Assembly: GCA_049647085.1 (NCBI GenBank) | Contig: JBARXA010000018.1 | Coordinates: forward strand, 25,677-89,676 | DNA: 64,000 bases | From: Candidatus Humimicrobiia bacterium | GTDB lineage: Bacteria; Actinomycetota; Humimicrobiia; JAHJRV01 | Reading direction: 5' to 3' | Notes under the pieces: model-generated | Seen by the model: only the letters and a program-made list of their open reading frames with translations | Databases searched by the model: none | Told to the model about the DNA's origin: nothing | Translations under genes and position numbers: made by a program | Part shown: one piece after another, positions 38,777 to 48,458 of the stretch | Numbering within the stretch: position 1 is the stretch's first letter | Layout: every line of letters begins with the position of its first letter

Positions 38777-39970
38777 TTAGGAAATCATTTCTACTGCTGC
38801 TTTTGCAGCTTGATCTATAGAATAACTCCTATCCATATATTTTATTTTGTATTTTTTAAGAATTTTGTATCCATCCTCTTCATATGCACCTGCACTTCTA
38901 AATAAAACTGGATATTCACTTAGGTTTATATCTAATTCAACCATTGCTAAAATTACCCCTCTAGCTACTAAGTCCACTCTTGTGTTATTTAAAACATTAG
39001 TTATAACTGCTAATCCTTTTATGCCTGGTTTTTTTAGAATCAGTTTTGTTAGTTCTTTTACTTTCTTAACTGTAGGGTTACCACCAATTTCACAATAATT
39101 TGCTGGTTTTCCACCATGATATCTTATAGCATCAAAGATAGTAAGGGATGCCCCACCTCCTCCGATTAATAATCCCAAATCTCCATCAAACTCAACAACT
39201 CTGCCTGCAACACCTCTGTGGTCAATCTTATCAATTTTTTCTGCTTCTATTTCAAACTTTGTGGGAATTCTTGGGCTATCTTTCCTGATTGGTATTCCTA
39301 ATTGCTCTAATTCTTTATGTCTATAAAGAGCTTCCTGTTCAAGTTCTAAATGGGCATCTGCTGCAATTAACTTTCCATCTTGAGTCAATATCAAAGGATT
39401 TATTTCTGCTAAATCACAATCATATTTTTTAAAAATATTAAATAATTTAACAGCAATACCTGCAGCCTTAAACATATCTTTTGATTTCAGCCCCATATTT
39501 TTTGCAAGTAATTTTCCTTGATAGTTTTGAATTCCCCAGATCATATTAACAGGTAAAGTAAAAACCTTTTCTGGATATTTTTTAGCTATTTCATTGATGT
39601 CAATACCACCAAGAGAAGATGAAATTATTACAGGAGTTTTTTGAGATAGGTCATAAGTTATTCCAAGAAAAAGCTCAGAAGATGGAAACAGTCTTTCTTC
39701 TACTAAAACCTTTCTTACTTCAAATCCCTTTATTCTTAATGAAAATATCTTTCTTGCTAATTGCCTTGCCTCTTTGGGGTTTTTTGCAAATGATATTCCT
39801 CCAGCCTTTCCTCTACCAGTAGCTAAAACTTGAGCTTTTATAGCAACTTCTTTTTTAAGATTATCTGCAATCTTTTCTACTTCACCTGGAGTTGAAGCTA
39901 AGTAACCCTCGGGTATAGAGATAGCCTCTTTTTTAAATATAATTTTGCTTTCATACTCATATAATTTCAT
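38777..39970 (-). CDS. NDP-forming acyl-CoA synthetase beta subunit (SucC / CcsA-like ATP-grasp)
   Basis: MKLYEYESKIIFKKEAISIP...KAQVLATGRGKAGGI carries the ATP-grasp motifs. It has the 397-aa SucC size. Confidence 0.8.
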   Translation of the reverse strand: MKLYEYESKIIFKKEAISIPEGYLASTPGEVEKIADNLKKEVAIKAQVLATGRGKAGGISFAKNPKEARQLARKIFSLRIKGFEVRKVLVEERLFPSSELFLGITYDLSQKTPVIISSSLGGIDINEIAKKYPEKVFTLPVNMIWGIQNYQGKLLAKNMGLKSKDMFKAAGIAVKLFNIFKKYDCDLAEINPLILTQDGKLIAADAHLELEQEALYRHKELEQLGIPIRKDSPRIPTKFEIEAEKIDKIDHRGVAGRVVEFDGDLGLLIGGGGASLTIFDAIRYHGGKPANYCEIGGNPTVKKVKELTKLILKKPGIKGLAVITNVLNNTRVDLVARGVILAMVELDINLSEYPVLFRSAGAYEEDGYKILKKYKIKYMDRSYSIDQAAKAAVEMIS

Positions 39971-40040
39971 TAATTACTCAATCCTTTATTTTATAAGATA
40001 TTATCTTAAGGCTTGCCATTTAATTTATTTTTAATGATAT

Positions 40041-40095
40041 TGCACAGCCTGTCCTTGACCCTTGAGTGTAACGAAGGGGAAGGAAAGGGAGAAAC
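40041..40095 (-). repeat. dispersed ~35-nt motif, copy C (reverse orientation), about 75 nt upstream of the SucC-like gene
   Basis: The reverse complement TTCCCCTTCGTTACACTCAAGGGTCAAGGACA matches 6714-6750 (TTCCCCCTCGTTACACTCAGGGTCAGAATAACA). Confidence 0.55.
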
Positions 40096-40279
40096 TATAC
40101 CCAAAGCTTTCTATGCTTCTTTTTTATTAAAATTTTATTTATATTTTAATCTAAATAAAGGTTAATCAGTATAAAAAATAATTCAAATAATTTTACACGA
40201 AAAATAAATAAATGTAGAATAATAACTAGTTAACTACTATTTAGGGTTTTAAATATTACAATAGGAGGTTATTTTATAA

Positions 40280-40705
40280 ATGGTTGCAAGGAAAAGAAAA
40301 TTAAAAATAGTGCTTGGTGTAATTGGCTCTGATGTTCATGCAGTTGGAAATAAAATACTCGAAAATGTATTGACTGAAGAAGGATTTAAAGTAATAAATA
40401 TTGGAGTTCTCTCCCCTCAAGAGGATTTTATAAATGCTGCAATTGAAACTGCAGCAGATTTGATTGTTGTTTCATCATTATATGGTCATGGTGAAATAGA
40501 TTGCAGGGGAATGAGGGAAAAATGTATTGAAGCTGGAATTGGTGATATCCCATTATATGTTGGTGGAAATTTGGTTGTAGGAAAGAAGGATTTTACTGAA
40601 GTTAAAAAGATTTTTGAAGAGATGGGGTTTAATAGGGCTTATCCTCCTGGAACATCTCCTCAACAATTAATTGATGATATAAAAAAAGATTTTAATAATA
40701 AGTAG
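40280..40705 (+). CDS. glmS: glutamate mutase sigma (S) subunit, B12-binding
   Basis: [16 protein letters not shown]...[34 protein letters not shown] matches clostridial GlmS/MutS nearly motif-for-motif (DxHxxG B12 motif). Confidence 0.9.
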   Translation: MVARKRKLKIVLGVIGSDVHAVGNKILENVLTEEGFKVINIGVLSPQEDFINAAIETAADLIVVSSLYGHGEIDCRGMREKCIEAGIGDIPLYVGGNLVVGKKDFTEVKKIFEEMGFNRAYPPGTSPQQLIDDIKKDFNNK

Positions 40706-40718
40706 GAGATTTTTTATT

Positions 40719-42107
40719 TTGAGAACAGCACTTTTGATTGATTTTGGAAGTACATTTACCAAATTGGTAGCAATAGATTTAGAAAAAGAAATATTCTTAG
40801 GAAGCTCATCTCACCCCACTACAGTAGATGATGATGTGATGATTGGATTTCAAGATGCATTAGATGTATTGAATAAAAAGATATCTAAAAAAGATGAATA
40901 TTATAATTTAAAATTAGCTTGTAGTAGTGCTGCTGGAGGTTTAAAAATTGTAGCAGTAGGCTTAGTTCCTCTCTTAACTTCACAAGCAGCTAAAATTGCA
41001 GCTTTAGGAGCTGGTGGAAAAGTTTTAAAAGTTTACAGCTATAAATTAACTGCAGACGAAAGAGATGAAATTGAAATTTTAAAACCGGACTTAATACTGC
41101 TTTCAGGTGGAACTGATGGAGGAAATGAGAAGGTAATAATTCATAATGCAAAGGTTTTAAGCCAACTAAAGATAGATGTTCCAATTGTTTATGCTGGGAA
41201 TAAATGTTCAGCAACTATAGCAAAGAGAATTTTAAAAGAAAATAAAAAGTCTGTATCGATAATAGAAAATATCTTACCTGAGTTAAATTATTTAAATATA
41301 GAACCAGCTAAAGAATTAATAAGAAAACTCTTTCTATCAAGTATAATCAAAGCAAAAGGTCTTTCAAAAAGGATGGATTTCTTATCAAGTGTCTTAATGC
41401 CTACCCCATCAGCTGTTTTAAAAGCTGGAGAATTATTAGCAAAAGGTACAGATAACGAGGAAGGTATTGGGGATTTAATGTTAATTGATGTTGGTGGAGC
41501 TACTACTGATGTTTGCTCATATTCATTAGGACTACCAGGTACAGGTAGTTTTGTTGTAAAGGGTCTTCCTCAACCTTATACAAAAAGAACAGTTGAGGGT
41601 GATTTAGGAATTCGTTTTAGTGCTATGAATCTTTTAAATACAGCCAAAAAGGAAAATTTTATGAAGAAATGGAAAATAAAATTAAAGGACCTGGATAAGA
41701 AAGTTGAAAAGCTATCAAGAAATATTAATTTTATTGCTGAAGACAAGAAAGATATTGAGGTAGATAAGTTACTATCTGCAATATCTACTAAAATTGCAAT
41801 AAATAGGCATGTAGGAAAGTTTCAAACAAAATATACACCAATAGGTCCAGTAAATATTTTATATGGGAAAGATTTAAGAGATGTCCCTACTGTATTAGGA
41901 ACTGGTGGGGGTGTGATAAAAGCTAAGAATCCAAAGTCTATTTTGGAAAAATCTATATTTGATGAAGATGAGTCATACATATTAAAGCCAAAATCTCCAA
42001 AATTTTTATTAGATAAATATTATATAATGTTTGCTGTTGGACTTTTAGCTCAAAAAATGCCAGACTTAGCTTTAAGGTTATTAAAAAAGAATCTCATTTA
42101 TATATAA
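40719..42107 (+). CDS. glmL: glutamate mutase-associated protein L (GlmL/MutL, ATPase-like putative reactivase)
   Basis: This 462-aa protein lies between S and E as in the Clostridium tetanomorphum/cochlearium operons. It has an actin/Hsp70-like fold (DFGSTFTK, GG.K, DVGGATTD). Confidence 0.8.
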   Translation: MRTALLIDFGSTFTKLVAIDLEKEIFLGSSSHPTTVDDDVMIGFQDALDVLNKKISKKDEYYNLKLACSSAAGGLKIVAVGLVPLLTSQAAKIAALGAGGKVLKVYSYKLTADERDEIEILKPDLILLSGGTDGGNEKVIIHNAKVLSQLKIDVPIVYAGNKCSATIAKRILKENKKSVSIIENILPELNYLNIEPAKELIRKLFLSSIIKAKGLSKRMDFLSSVLMPTPSAVLKAGELLAKGTDNEEGIGDLMLIDVGGATTDVCSYSLGLPGTGSFVVKGLPQPYTKRTVEGDLGIRFSAMNLLNTAKKENFMKKWKIKLKDLDKKVEKLSRNINFIAEDKKDIEVDKLLSAISTKIAINRHVGKFQTKYTPIGPVNILYGKDLRDVPTVLGTGGGVIKAKNPKSILEKSIFDEDESYILKPKSPKFLLDKYYIMFAVGLLAQKMPDLALRLLKKNLIYI

Positions 42108-42142
42108 AAATAAAAAATTTAGAATATATTGGGTGGTGAGGA

Positions 42143-43597
42143 TTGGAGATAAAAAATATCAGGTGGGAAGAAGAGGAGTTTCTTAAAAAGAGAAAAGAAG
42201 TGCTAAAGAGCTGGCCAACAGGTTCTCAAGTAGATTTAGAGGAATCGATAAATTATCATAGAGCCATTCCAAAAAACAAAGTTTCAAAATTGGTTCTTGA
42301 AAAGGCAAAAAATGAGGGAAGAACCTTAACTCAACCAAGGGCAGGAGTTGCTTTAATAGATGACCATATTGAACTTCTTCGATTTTTAGAAAAGGAGGGG
42401 ATGGCTGACCTCCTACCAACTACAATTGATAGCTATACCAGGTTAAATAAATATGAGGAAGCTCAGAAAGGAATAGAGGAGAGTATTAGGTTGGGCAGGT
42501 CGATGTTAAATGGTTTTCCTGCTGTAAATCATGGAGTTAAAGGTTGTAGGAAAGTTTGTGAGTCTGTTAATGTACCAGTTGAAGTTCGTCACGGAACTCC
42601 TGATTCAAGATTATTAGCAGAGATAACCTTGGCAGGAGGTTTTACAGATTTTGAAGGTGGAGCCATAACTTATAATATTCCTTATTCAAAAAATGTTCCA
42701 ATTGAGAAAAGTATTAGAAATTGGCAATATGTTGATAGATTAATAGGATATTATCAATATAATGGTGTATCTATAAATAGGGAATCTTTTGGACCCTTAA
42801 CAGGAACTTTAGTTCCTCCATGTATCTCACATGCAGTTTCTATTTCAGAAGCATTACTTGCTGCAGCTCAAGGTGTAAAAAGTATAAGTGTTGGATATGG
42901 ACAATGTGGAAATTTGATTCAGGATATAGCTTCTATAAAATCATTATCAATTATAACAGAGCAGTATCTAAAAGAATTTGGATTTACTGATATTTTAGTA
43001 ACTACAGTATTTCATCAATGGATGGGAGGCTTTCCTCAAGATGAAGCTGAAGCATTTGCTGTAATTTCATGGGGAGCAGCAGCTGCTGGTCTTGGAGGTG
43101 CAACAAAAGTTATTGTAAAAACTCCACATGAGGCATATGGTATTCCTACTAAAGAAGCAAATGCTCTTGGGCTTAGAGCAACAAAACAGATTTTAAATAT
43201 GGTAAAAGATCAGAAGCTAACAGAAATTGAGTTGATTGAAAAAGAGATTGATATCATAAAAGAGGAAACAAAGTCAATTTTAGAAGCTGTATTGAATTTA
43301 GGAAAAGGTGATATTGCTATTGGTCTGGTAAGAGGATTTGAAGCAGGAGTAATTGATATTCCATTCGCTCCGAGTCGTTTTACCAAAGGAAAAATAATTC
43401 CAGTAAGAGATAATAATGGTTCCATCAGATTACTGAATGTTGGAAATCTACCTTTCTCAAAAAAAATAAGAAATTTTCACAAACAAAAGTTAGAGGAAAG
43501 AGGAAAAGCTGAAAATAGGAAACCATCATTTAAAATGGTAGTGGATGATATATATGCTATAAGCAGAGGTTATTTAGTTGGAAGACCAGAAAAATAA
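42143..43597 (+). CDS. glmE: glutamate mutase epsilon (E) subunit
   Basis: The 484-aa TIM-barrel subunit directly follows glmL. Its size and position are canonical. Confidence 0.85.
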   Translation: MEIKNIRWEEEEFLKKRKEVLKSWPTGSQVDLEESINYHRAIPKNKVSKLVLEKAKNEGRTLTQPRAGVALIDDHIELLRFLEKEGMADLLPTTIDSYTRLNKYEEAQKGIEESIRLGRSMLNGFPAVNHGVKGCRKVCESVNVPVEVRHGTPDSRLLAEITLAGGFTDFEGGAITYNIPYSKNVPIEKSIRNWQYVDRLIGYYQYNGVSINRESFGPLTGTLVPPCISHAVSISEALLAAAQGVKSISVGYGQCGNLIQDIASIKSLSIITEQYLKEFGFTDILVTTVFHQWMGGFPQDEAEAFAVISWGAAAAGLGGATKVIVKTPHEAYGIPTKEANALGLRATKQILNMVKDQKLTEIELIEKEIDIIKEETKSILEAVLNLGKGDIAIGLVRGFEAGVIDIPFAPSRFTKGKIIPVRDNNGSIRLLNVGNLPFSKKIRNFHKQKLEERGKAENRKPSFKMVVDDIYAISRGYLVGRPEK

Positions 43598-43654
43598 ATT
43601 TTTATTAACTTTAAAAAATTTGATAACTTTATTAGAAGGGGAGGTTAATAAATA

Positions 43655-44890
43655 ATGAAAATAAAAAAAGTAGTTGCTTCAAAGGGATTTGCAGGTTTCT
43701 ATTATGATGATCAAGCAGCTATAAAATCTCATGCAAAACATGATGGATTCGCCTATTCAGGAGAACCTATTACTCCAGGCTTTAGTACAATAAGGATTGC
43801 TGGTGAAAGCATTTCAGTCATGTTAGTTTTGGATGAAGGTAGAATTGCATATGGTGATTGTGTAGCTGTTCAGTACTCTGGAGCAGCTGGTAGAGATGCA
43901 CTTTTTTTAGCTGATGATTATCTTCCTATTATAAATGAAAAAATTGCACCATTAATGGTTGAACGTGAGATAGAAAATTTCAAGAATATGGCTGAAGAGT
44001 TAGATAATTTAAAAATTGATGGGGAACGATTACATACTGCACTTCGATATGGAATAACCCAGGCTATTTTGAATGCTGTTTCAAGAAAAAAGCATATTAC
44101 TATGGCTGAGGTAATATCCCAGGAATATGGTATAGAAATTCAAGAGGAACCAGTTCCAATATTTGCTCAGAGTGGGGATGATAGGTATAACAATGCAGAT
44201 AAAATGATAATAAAAGGAATTCAGGTTCTTCCTCATGGACTGATAAACAATGTTGAAGAGAAGTTAGGTAGGAGAGGGGAGAAATTAATGGATTATCTAT
44301 CATGGCTTAGAACAAGAGTGGTTCAATTAGGTAAACCTGATTATAATCCTGTATTTCATCTTGATGTTTATGGAACATTTGGACAGGCATTTAATAATGA
44401 TATGGGAACAATTGCAAAATATATCATGAACTTAGAACGGATCTCTCAACCATATCATCTCAGGATTGAGGGACCTGTTGATGCAGGAAGTAAAGAAGGC
44501 CAGATAAAATCTATGCGAGAGTTAAGAACAGAATTAAAGAAAATAGGAAGTAAGACTGAAATAATAGCTGACGAGTGGTGTAATACATTTGAGGACATTA
44601 AAGACTTTGTACATGGAGAGGCTGCTGATATGATTCAGATTAAGGCTCCAGATTTGGGAGGAATAAATAATACTATAGAGGCTATTTTATTTTGTAAGAA
44701 ACATGGTGTGGGAGCGTATCTTGGTGGAAGTTGTAATGAAACGGATCGTAGTGCTCGAATATGTGCTCATATAGCTTTAGCAACAGGACCATGTCAGATT
44801 CTTGCAAAACCTGGGATGGGAGTAGATGAGGCTGTGATGTTAATAAACAATGAGATGCAAAGAACTCTTACACTTATAAAAAATAGATAA
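43655..44890 (+). CDS. mal: methylaspartate ammonia-lyase (beta-methylaspartase)
   Basis: It aligns end-to-end with C. tetanomorphum MAL: GFAGFYYDDQAAIK...GESISV.LVL..G...GDC.AVQYSGA.GRD, QIKAPDLGG and KPGMGVDE. Confidence 0.9.
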   Translation: MKIKKVVASKGFAGFYYDDQAAIKSHAKHDGFAYSGEPITPGFSTIRIAGESISVMLVLDEGRIAYGDCVAVQYSGAAGRDALFLADDYLPIINEKIAPLMVEREIENFKNMAEELDNLKIDGERLHTALRYGITQAILNAVSRKKHITMAEVISQEYGIEIQEEPVPIFAQSGDDRYNNADKMIIKGIQVLPHGLINNVEEKLGRRGEKLMDYLSWLRTRVVQLGKPDYNPVFHLDVYGTFGQAFNNDMGTIAKYIMNLERISQPYHLRIEGPVDAGSKEGQIKSMRELRTELKKIGSKTEIIADEWCNTFEDIKDFVHGEAADMIQIKAPDLGGINNTIEAILFCKKHGVGAYLGGSCNETDRSARICAHIALATGPCQILAKPGMGVDEAVMLINNEMQRTLTLIKNR

Positions 44891-45064
44891 GATTGAAATA
44901 TTATTAATAAATGAATATTAAAATTTTTTAGATTATAATTTATAATTATAAATATCACTGATTTTTTAAAAAATTAAGAAATATTTTGAAATTAGATTTT
45001 TTGTATTTATAAGAGTTTAAATTCTTAATGAAAAAAATGAAAAGAAGAAGGAGGGAGGAAAAAA

Positions 45065-45445
45065 TTGGATTTTCCAGAAGAACTTTATTATTCAAAAGAC
45101 CATGAATGGGCGAAAATTGAGGGAAATATAGTAATTGTGGGAATAACCGATTATGCTCAGGATGCATTGGGAGATATAGTATTTTTAGAACTTCCACCAG
45201 TTGGTACAGAAACCCAGGTTCATGTGCCATTTGCAACAATTGAATCAGTAAAATCAGTTTCAGATGTATACTCACCAGTAACTGGTAAAATAGTGGAAGT
45301 AAATGATGCTATTACAGATGCACCTGAAGTGATAAATCAGGATCCATATGGTGGGGGTTGGATGGTTAAAATTGAGATGAATAACCCAGATGAGATAAAA
45401 GATTTAATATCTGCTGAGGAATATCAGAAATCTACAGAAGAATAA
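45065..45445 (+). CDS. gcvH: glycine cleavage system H protein
   Basis: YSKDHEWAKIEGN is present. The lipoyl-Lys context is ESVKSVSDVYSP. The start is TTG with a strong RBS GGAGGGAGG. Confidence 0.85.
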   Translation: MDFPEELYYSKDHEWAKIEGNIVIVGITDYAQDALGDIVFLELPPVGTETQVHVPFATIESVKSVSDVYSPVTGKIVEVNDAITDAPEVINQDPYGGGWMVKIEMNNPDEIKDLISAEEYQKSTEE

Positions 45446-45559
45446 AAGCAGCAACAGAAACAACCTGAATAAAAAACATCTTCTAAATTTATTTATTTAA
45501 AGTAGATTAAATTTTTAATATTTATTTTTTAATATTAGGGAATTATTAATATATAGCAT

Positions 45560-46909
45560 ATGGATTACACTCCACATTCTAATAAAGAAATCAAGGAAAT
45601 GCTCTCTTTTTTGGGGATAAAATTTTTGAAGGATTTGTATAATAATATTCCAGACAAAATTAAACAAAAAAAAGAGCTAAAATTACCTGAACCATTAAGT
45701 GAAATTGAGCTTTTAGGAAGGTTAAAATTTATAAGTAAAAAAAATATAAGTACAGATAATAAAATTTCATTTCTTGGAGCAGGTAACTATGATCACTTTA
45801 TACCTTCTGTTGTAAATTACATAATCTCCAAACCAGAATTTTATACTGCTTATACTCCATATCAGTCAGAATTAAGTCAGGGAATTTTACAATCCATGTT
45901 TGAGTATCAGACAATGATGTGTGAATTAACTGGCATGGATATCTCTAACATCTCACTTTATGATGGTGCAACTTCTGTTGCAGAAGCTGCAAATATGGCT
46001 ATATCTATAAATAAAAAGAAAAAAATCTTAATATCAGAAACTATGCATCCAGAATATCGTCAAGTACTAAAAACCTATATGAAGCCAAGAAAAATAGAGG
46101 TTTTTGAAATTCCTATGAAAGATGGTATTACTGATAAGGGGCAAATAAAAGAAAATTTAATAGATGAGTATTCATGTTTAATAATTCCTCAACCAAATTT
46201 TCTTGGGAATTTAGAACCCATAGATGAGATATTTTCAATTTTATCGGGTAGTAATACTTTGGCTATCGCTTGTGTTAATCCATTATCTTTAGCATTACTT
46301 AAACCCCCAGCTGATTTTGGAGCCGATATTGTTGTTGGAGATGGTCAAATCTTAGGTAATCCACAATCATTTGGAGGACCATCGTTTGGATTTTTAACTT
46401 GTAAAAAGAAATATTTAAGAAAAACACCTGGTAGAATTGTAGGTCAAACAGTGGATAGTGCTGGAAATATCGGCTATGTTCTCACCCTTCAAACAAGAGA
46501 ACAACATATCAGAAGAGAAAAGGCTACTTCAAATATATGTTCAAACCAATCTCTAAATGTATTAGCAGCTTGTGTTTATCTTTCATATATTGGAAGAGAT
46601 GGTTTATATGAAATTGCAGAACTTTGCTATAAAAATGCTCATTATCTTTTTCAAAAGCTAATAGCTATTAAAGGAATAAACCCAACATTCAATTCTAAAT
46701 TTTTCAATGAATTTGTCGTTTATATTGATTTAGATTCAACTGAATTGAAAAAAATATTATCAAAAAAAGGAATTTTAGGACCAATATGTTTAGAAAAATG
46801 GTACCCATCTCTCAAAAAAAGATACCTTTTTGCTGTTACAGAAAAAAGAACAAAAGATGAGATGGATTTATTAATAGATACATTAAACAAAGCATTAAAG
46901 GTAAAATAA
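45560..46909 (+). CDS. gcvPA: glycine dehydrogenase (decarboxylating) subunit 1
   Basis: The N-terminal half of split P-protein has the fold-type I PLP N-domain and characteristic YTPYQ.E.SQG.LQ. Confidence 0.85.
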   Translation: MDYTPHSNKEIKEMLSFLGIKFLKDLYNNIPDKIKQKKELKLPEPLSEIELLGRLKFISKKNISTDNKISFLGAGNYDHFIPSVVNYIISKPEFYTAYTPYQSELSQGILQSMFEYQTMMCELTGMDISNISLYDGATSVAEAANMAISINKKKKILISETMHPEYRQVLKTYMKPRKIEVFEIPMKDGITDKGQIKENLIDEYSCLIIPQPNFLGNLEPIDEIFSILSGSNTLAIACVNPLSLALLKPPADFGADIVVGDGQILGNPQSFGGPSFGFLTCKKKYLRKTPGRIVGQTVDSAGNIGYVLTLQTREQHIRREKATSNICSNQSLNVLAACVYLSYIGRDGLYEIAELCYKNAHYLFQKLIAIKGINPTFNSKFFNEFVVYIDLDSTELKKILSKKGILGPICLEKWYPSLKKRYLFAVTEKRTKDEMDLLIDTLNKALKVK

Positions 46910-46917
46910 ATTAAATG

Positions 46918-46970
46918 TAGGGCAAGGCTTTAGCCTTGCTTAATAATGCAACCCTAAAGGGTTGCCCTAC
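46918..46970. repeat. palindromic REP-like element, copy 2 (complete, 9-bp outer stem)
   Basis: GTAGGGCAAGGCTTTAGCCTTGCTTAATAATGCAACCCTAAAGGGTTGCCCTAC lies right after the gcvPA stop. Confidence 0.6.
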
Positions 46971-47006
46971 ATATAAAAATATATTAAATTTTAAGGGTTC
47001 TTAAAT

Positions 47007-48458
47007 ATGAATGATAGGTTAATATTTCAATTACTAAATTTAGAAAAAGGTAAGCAAATTTTACCAACTCTATCAGAGGAGATATCTTCTATTAAGCTTT
47101 ATATTCCAAAAAACTTAAAACGTAAAAAAACCCCTAAACTACCACAGATTAGCGAACCACAGTTGATTCGACATTTTGACAAGCTTTCAAAGAAGAATTT
47201 TGGAGTTGATAATGGATTTTATCCATTAGGTTCATGCACTATGAAATATAACCCCAAAATCAATGAAGAGATATCCAGGCTAGAGAATTTTGTCAATATT
47301 CACCCATATCAAGATGAAGAAGATATACAAGGTGCTCTCCAGCTCATGTATGAGCTAGATGTACTTTTATGTGAAATAACGGGAATGGATAAATTTACAT
47401 TACAACCATCAGCTGGAGCTCATGGAGAATTAACAGGTTTATTTATTATAGATGCTTATCATAGAGAAAAAGGAAATAAAAGAAAAAATATAATAATTCC
47501 TGATTCTGCTCATGGAACTAATCCAGCAAGTGTTACAATGGCAGGCTATAATACGGTTACAGTTGATTCGGATGAAAAGGGAAGAGTAGATATAAAAAAA
47601 TTAAGCAAACTTTTAGATGAAAATACTGCAGGATTGATGTTAACAAATCCAAATACACTGGGACTTTTCGATGAGAATATTTTAAAAATCTCTAAAATGG
47701 TACATGATGCTGGTGGATTAGTTTACTATGATGGAGCAAACCTGAATGCAATAATGGGAATAGCTAAGCCAAGAGATATGGGTTTTGACATTGTTCATCT
47801 AAATCTTCATAAAACCTTCTCAACACCGCATGGAGGAGGAGGTCCAGGCTCAGGACCTATTGGAGTGACTAAAGAACTTTCTAAATTTCTTCCTGTGCCT
47901 ACTGTAGAGGTAAATAGTAAAGGGAGATACTATCTTAACTACGAGAAAAAAGATTCAGTTGGTAAAGTAAAAGCTTTTTATGGGAATTTTAATGTTTTAA
48001 TCAAAGCCTATTCATATATTTTATCTTTAGGGGCAAAAGGGTTAAAAAGGGCAAGTCAATTAGCAGTTTTAAATGCCAATTATTTAAAGAAACATTTAAG
48101 TAAATATTATTATCTCCCATATCCAGAGATTTGTATGCATGAATTTGTTATCTCAGCTATCTGGCAAAAAGAAAAGGGAATAAGAGCTTTAGATATTGCT
48201 AAAAGACTAATGGATTTTGGTTTTCACCCACCAACAATTTATTTTCCTCTGATTGTAAAGGAAGCACTCATGATAGAGCCAACAGAAACAGAAAATAAAG
48301 AAACTCTGGATATGTTTATTAAAGCGATGAAACAAATAGCAAAGGAATCAGATAAAAACCCAGAAATTTTAAAATCTGCTCCACATAAAACTCCAATAAA
48401 AAGACTGGATGAGGTAAAAGCAGCAAAAGACCTTATATTAAAATATGATTTTAACTAA
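47007..48458 (+). CDS. gcvPB: glycine dehydrogenase (decarboxylating) subunit 2
   Basis: This C-terminal half of P-protein has PLP-Lys in [18 protein letters not shown]. Confidence 0.85.
   Translation: MNDRLIFQLLNLEKGKQILPTLSEEISSIKLYIPKNLKRKKTPKLPQISEPQLIRHFDKLSKKNFGVDNGFYPLGSCTMKYNPKINEEISRLENFVNIHPYQDEEDIQGALQLMYELDVLLCEITGMDKFTLQPSAGAHGELTGLFIIDAYHREKGNKRKNIIIPDSAHGTNPASVTMAGYNTVTVDSDEKGRVDIKKLSKLLDENTAGLMLTNPNTLGLFDENILKISKMVHDAGGLVYYDGANLNAIMGIAKPRDMGFDIVHLNLHKTFSTPHGGGGPGSGPIGVTKELSKFLPVPTVEVNSKGRYYLNYEKKDSVGKVKAFYGNFNVLIKAYSYILSLGAKGLKRASQLAVLNANYLKKHLSKYYYLPYPEICMHEFVISAIWQKEKGIRALDIAKRLMDFGFHPPTIYFPLIVKEALMIEPTETENKETLDMFIKAMKQIAKESDKNPEILKSAPHKTPIKRLDEVKAAKDLILKYDFN

Noticed and set aside
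40060-40095. A sigma-54 promoter (GG-N10-GC spacing in AGGACAGGCTGTGCAAT) next to motif copy C.
   Set aside because: The match to TGGCAC-N5-TTGCW is partial. The paralogous copy B lacks it, and no bEBP/sigma-54 activator is encoded nearby.
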